Source of the DNA: Thermodesulfobacteriota bacterium
GTDB lineage: Bacteria > Desulfobacterota > Desulfobacteria > Desulfobacterales > JACKCP01
Direction of reading: 5' to 3'
Assembly (NCBI GenBank): GCA_051744925.1
Contig: JBNJDM010000004.1
Location: 1 to 44,401 of the forward strand
DNA length: 44,401 nucleotides
The notes beneath the pieces are model-generated. The model was not told where the DNA came from, searched no databases, and saw only the letters and a list, made by a program, of their open reading frames with translations. Below are positions 41,139 through 44,401 of this stretch, one piece after another. The position numbers and the translations under genes were made by a program. Position 1 is the first letter of the stretch, and each line of letters opens with the position of its first letter.

Positions 41139-41585
41139 CTATAGCCCCAGAGCCGCGATCTCTTCCTGGAATTCTTCCAGATCAAGATCGTCTTCGTGTA
41201 GTTTTGTTTCTTCATCCCATTTATGTTCAGACCAGATTTCAAATTCTTCAAGAACACCGACAAGGACCACATCTTTTTCAAGCTCTGCATAATCCCTTAA
41301 ATTTGGAGGGATTATTATTCTGCCCTGTTTGTCAATTTCGCATTCTGAAACGTTTCCTATGAAAGTTCTGTAAAAACGCCTCATTTTTTTTGATTTGTTT
41401 TTCTGGTTTTTAAAGTTTTGCTCAAGTTTTTTCCATTTAGATTCGGGGTAAGCTTTGATGCAGCTGTCCATAATAGTTAGAAACAGAAGATTACTCTCCT
41501 CAGATTCAATTTCTTTTTTGAATCTGGAAGGAATACTTAATCTCCCTTTCTGGTCCAGTTTGTGTGTTGAGCTTCCCCGGAACAT
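41139..41585 (-). CDS. mraZ: dcw cluster transcriptional regulator MraZ
   Basis: MFRG start and two DxxGR repeats (LDQKGRLSIP, IDKQGRIIIP). Confidence 0.97.
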   Translation of the reverse strand: MFRGSSTHKLDQKGRLSIPSRFKKEIESEESNLLFLTIMDSCIKAYPESKWKKLEQNFKNQKNKSKKMRRFYRTFIGNVSECEIDKQGRIIIPPNLRDYAELEKDVVLVGVLEEFEIWSEHKWDEETKLHEDDLDLEEFQEEIAALGL

Positions 41586-41590
41586 AAAAT

Positions 41591-41620
41591 TTTCCTATTT
41601 TTTCCTAAATTTTCCACTTG
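41591..41620 (-). promoter_or_regulatory. putative MraZ-binding direct repeats
   Basis: Minus strand caaGTGGAAA attTAGGAAA aaaTAGGAAA: three boxes at exact 10-nt period just before the mraZ ATG. Confidence 0.65.
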
Positions 41621-41628
41621 TTTTACAA

Positions 41629-41657
41629 AAACTACATTTAAATAAATAAAAATTCAA
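41629..41657 (-). promoter_or_regulatory. putative dcw promoter
   Basis: Minus strand TTGAAT, 17-nt spacer, TAGTTT directly upstream of the repeats. Confidence 0.4.
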
Positions 41658-41828
41658 GTGATAATTTTAAAACATCTTGTTTTTTTTAACTATTCTGTTT
41701 TTTTGTTTTGGTGGTATAAAATGGGGTAAAAGCCCTGAATCTGCAGGATAAAGTTGTTGATTTAACATTGTTTTTAGGTATGATTGTGTATTATTTTTTT
41801 AAATTAAATTAAACTAACAGGCGGTCAA

Positions 41829-43808
41829 ATGTCGGAATTTGCCCAGAAAATATTAAATTACAGTCTTTTGTTTCTTGAAGGTGATAAAAAATCATTTCAT
41901 AAAGGGCTTGATCTGATTAAAAATGATTCACAAAGTAAATACCTCTATTATTACAAAAACATAATAGGCCGTAACCCACCTGAAAAAGCCGAGCTTTGTT
42001 TCTTTATACAATCGGATACAGCTGTGAATTCTCCAAATGGAAAGACTTTGTTTTACGATGAGGAATTAGTTAAGGAGTTATCATCAGGAAAGTCTGTATT
42101 AAAAAACGAGGAAAATGATAAATATAATGTAGTGTTTATTCCGTGTTTTGATAATAAAATATGGAAAGGAGTTCTGGTATCTTTTTTTAATCCAGACAGC
42201 CCTTCAGATATTGAATTTTTAAAAACTGTCTCCTCTCTTGTTGCCAAAGCAGCAGACTCTGCAGATGTCTTCTCAGGGTTTACCAGGGAAGAATCTGTAT
42301 ATAAATCTGTTATGGATAATATTGAAGACGGTTATTTTGAAACAGACCTTAAAGGAAATCTAACAGCATTTAATGATGCTGTACGTAAAATTTCAGGACT
42401 TTCCGAAGATCAGCTTAAAGGTATTAATAGCAGAGATTATACCTCTAAGGAAACTGCAAGAAATATGTTCAGAGTTTTTAATGAAGTATACAGGACAAAA
42501 ATACCTTTAAAGATCAAGGATTATGAAATTATTTTAAAGGATAATACTAAAAAGTGGATTGAGCTCTCAGCCTCACTTATTACGGATGATTTAACAAATC
42601 CTGTAGGATTTAGAGGGTTAGTGCGTGATGTAACAGCAAGAAAAAAAAGGGAATTTGAAAGAAAGCAGCTTGAACAAAAACTTAATCAGGCTCAAAGGCT
42701 TGAAGCCGTAGGTACACTTGCAGGAGGCATAGCCCATGATTTTAATAATCTTTTGATGGCTGTTCAGGGGAATGCATCCCTTATTATGGCTGTATCAAAA
42801 GGAAATCCGGCTGTATATGAAAAAGCAAAAAGCATTGAAAAAAGTGTTGAAAGCGGAGCAGAGCTTATTAAGCAGCTTCTTGGTTTTGCCAGAGGAGGTA
42901 AGTATGCTGCAAGACCGTGTAATGTTAACCGCGTAATCGATGCTGCTCTTGTAATGTTTTCAAGGGCTAATAAGGAAATTACAATTGATACAGATCTCAG
43001 TAAAAGTATTTATACTGTAGAGGCTGATCAGTCACAGCTTGAACAGGTTTTGATGAACCTGTTTTTAAATGCAGGTCGTGCTATGGGCGGAAGAGGTGTG
43101 ATGAGTGTTGTATCATCCAACAGATATGTTAATGAAAAAACAGCCATTGCATACGATTCAAAGCCCGGAGATTATGTTGAGATAACAGTTTCTGACACAG
43201 GCGAAGGAATGGAAAAAGAGGTTGCTGAAAGAATTTTTGACCCTTTTTTTACAACAGGCAGTAAAAGCAGGGGAACAGGTCTGGGGCTTGCCAGTGTATT
43301 CGGAATAGTAAAAAATCATAAAGGGTTTATAACAGTTTCAAGTACTCCTGGGCGGGGGAGCTCTTTTAAACTCTACTTCCCTGCATTTATAATGCCTGAG
43401 TCTGAAAAAGAAACTGATAATAAAAGGTCTTCAAAACCTGAAACCATTTTGCTTGTAGATGATGAAAAGTCTATTCTGGAGGTCGGCTCAGCAATGATTG
43501 CCGAGCTCGGCTACGGTGTTAAAACAGCTTCAGGTGGATATGAAGCTGTTGCATTGTACAGAAAATATAAAAACGATATTGGTCTTGTTGTTATAGATAT
43601 GGTAATGCCTGATCTTGACGGCTATAAAACCTTTAATGAACTAAAGAAAATAGACAATGATGTAAAAGTGCTTTTTTCAAGCGGATATGTTGAGCAAGAA
43701 CAGTATGAGCAGGATTCTGCTGAAAAAGGCAAAGCCTCAGGTTTTATTTCAAAGCCTTATAATTTAAGTGTTCTCGGTGAAAAAATAGAATCAGTTTTAA
43801 AAAAATGA
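41829..43808 (+). CDS. cytoplasmic hybrid sensor histidine kinase (PAS-HisKA-HATPase-REC, CckA-like family)
   Basis: PAS (DGYFETDLKG...RDVT), H-box LAGGIAHDFNNLL, NLFLNA, DTGEGM, FDPFFTT, GTGLGL, receiver LLVDDE...DMVMP...KP. Confidence 0.93.
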   Translation: MSEFAQKILNYSLLFLEGDKKSFHKGLDLIKNDSQSKYLYYYKNIIGRNPPEKAELCFFIQSDTAVNSPNGKTLFYDEELVKELSSGKSVLKNEENDKYNVVFIPCFDNKIWKGVLVSFFNPDSPSDIEFLKTVSSLVAKAADSADVFSGFTREESVYKSVMDNIEDGYFETDLKGNLTAFNDAVRKISGLSEDQLKGINSRDYTSKETARNMFRVFNEVYRTKIPLKIKDYEIILKDNTKKWIELSASLITDDLTNPVGFRGLVRDVTARKKREFERKQLEQKLNQAQRLEAVGTLAGGIAHDFNNLLMAVQGNASLIMAVSKGNPAVYEKAKSIEKSVESGAELIKQLLGFARGGKYAARPCNVNRVIDAALVMFSRANKEITIDTDLSKSIYTVEADQSQLEQVLMNLFLNAGRAMGGRGVMSVVSSNRYVNEKTAIAYDSKPGDYVEITVSDTGEGMEKEVAERIFDPFFTTGSKSRGTGLGLASVFGIVKNHKGFITVSSTPGRGSSFKLYFPAFIMPESEKETDNKRSSKPETILLVDDEKSILEVGSAMIAELGYGVKTASGGYEAVALYRKYKNDIGLVVIDMVMPDLDGYKTFNELKKIDNDVKVLFSSGYVEQEQYEQDSAEKGKASGFISKPYNLSVLGEKIESVLKK

Positions 43809-43899
43809 TCAGCCTGAACCTAAAATTTATTAAACCTTCTTGACGAATAGCAATATTAAACATAAATCTTGTCAAAATATAACTAAACAAGGTGGATAT

Positions 43900-44401
43900 A
43901 TGGGAAAGAATGTAGTTAACAAAACAGATGATCTTGTAAAAATCAGTACCGTTCTTGTATCTGTATCAGACAAAAGCGGGCTTGAATCTTTTATTTCTGA
44001 ACTTGTAAGAATTAATCCTGAAATAAAAATACTTTCTACAGGTGGTACATTTAATAAAATAAAAGAGATTTTAAAAGATCAGGCTGACGATATACTAAAG
44101 CCTGTATCAGAATATACAGGACAGCCTGAAACTCAGGGCGGACTTGTAAAAACCCTTGATTTTAAAATTTATCTCGGCATTCTTACGGAAACATATAATG
44201 ATGCCCACAAAAAAGATCTTGAAAGAACTGATGCTCTGCCTATAGATATGGTGGTTGTTAATCTTTATCCGTTCAAAGAGACAGTTTCAAAAAAAGAGAC
44301 AACACCTGAAAAAGCAAGGTCAGAAATAGATATTGGAGGTCCTTCAATGATAAGGGCTTCTGCCAAAAATTATCTTCGGGTTGCCTCTGTTGTCTCACCT
44401 G
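43900..44401 (+). CDS. PurH-type IMP cyclohydrolase (MGS-like) domain protein, truncated by window end
   Basis: Hand translation from ATG 43900: MGKNVVNKTDDLVKISTVLVSVSDKSGL...LSTGGT...VSEYTGQPETQGGLVKTL...VVVNLYPF...IDIGGPSMIRASAKNY. Confidence 0.88.
   Translation, partial: MGKNVVNKTDDLVKISTVLVSVSDKSGLESFISELVRINPEIKILSTGGTFNKIKEILKDQADDILKPVSEYTGQPETQGGLVKTLDFKIYLGILTETYNDAHKKDLERTDALPIDMVVVNLYPFKETVSKKETTPEKARSEIDIGGPSMIRASAKNYLRVASVVSP

Overview
AT-rich bacterial chromosomal window made almost entirely of core housekeeping genes. Gene content and order suggest a Desulfobacterota / former delta-proteobacterial sulfate reducer (inference). In order: prfC (partial), a Ski2/HelY-like helicase, a U32-family Fe-S RNA hydroxylase, a CoA-disulfide/persulfide reductase-rhodanese, a stand-alone PilZ protein, tRNA-Pro(GGG), an LD-carboxypeptidase plus a beta-lactamase-fold hydrolase, mreBCD-mrdA-rodA, a split ATP synthase operon (b', b, delta, alpha, gamma, beta, epsilon), an 857-aa multi-PAS/GAF protein with no output domain, the dcw cluster on the minus strand (mraZ to ftsZ, no ddl), a CckA-type hybrid kinase and the start of a divergent PurH-type IMP cyclohydrolase. 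I saw no prophage, transposase, CRISPR array or defence island. Best leads: (1) a family of ~85-150-bp MITE/REP-like intergenic elements with terminal inverted repeats, (2) the output-less PAS/GAF protein and the hybrid kinase flanking the dcw cluster, (3) an apparently arch-less Ski2-like helicase next to prfC, (4) a tandemly duplicated FtsZ C-terminal peptide. None is proven novel without database searches.
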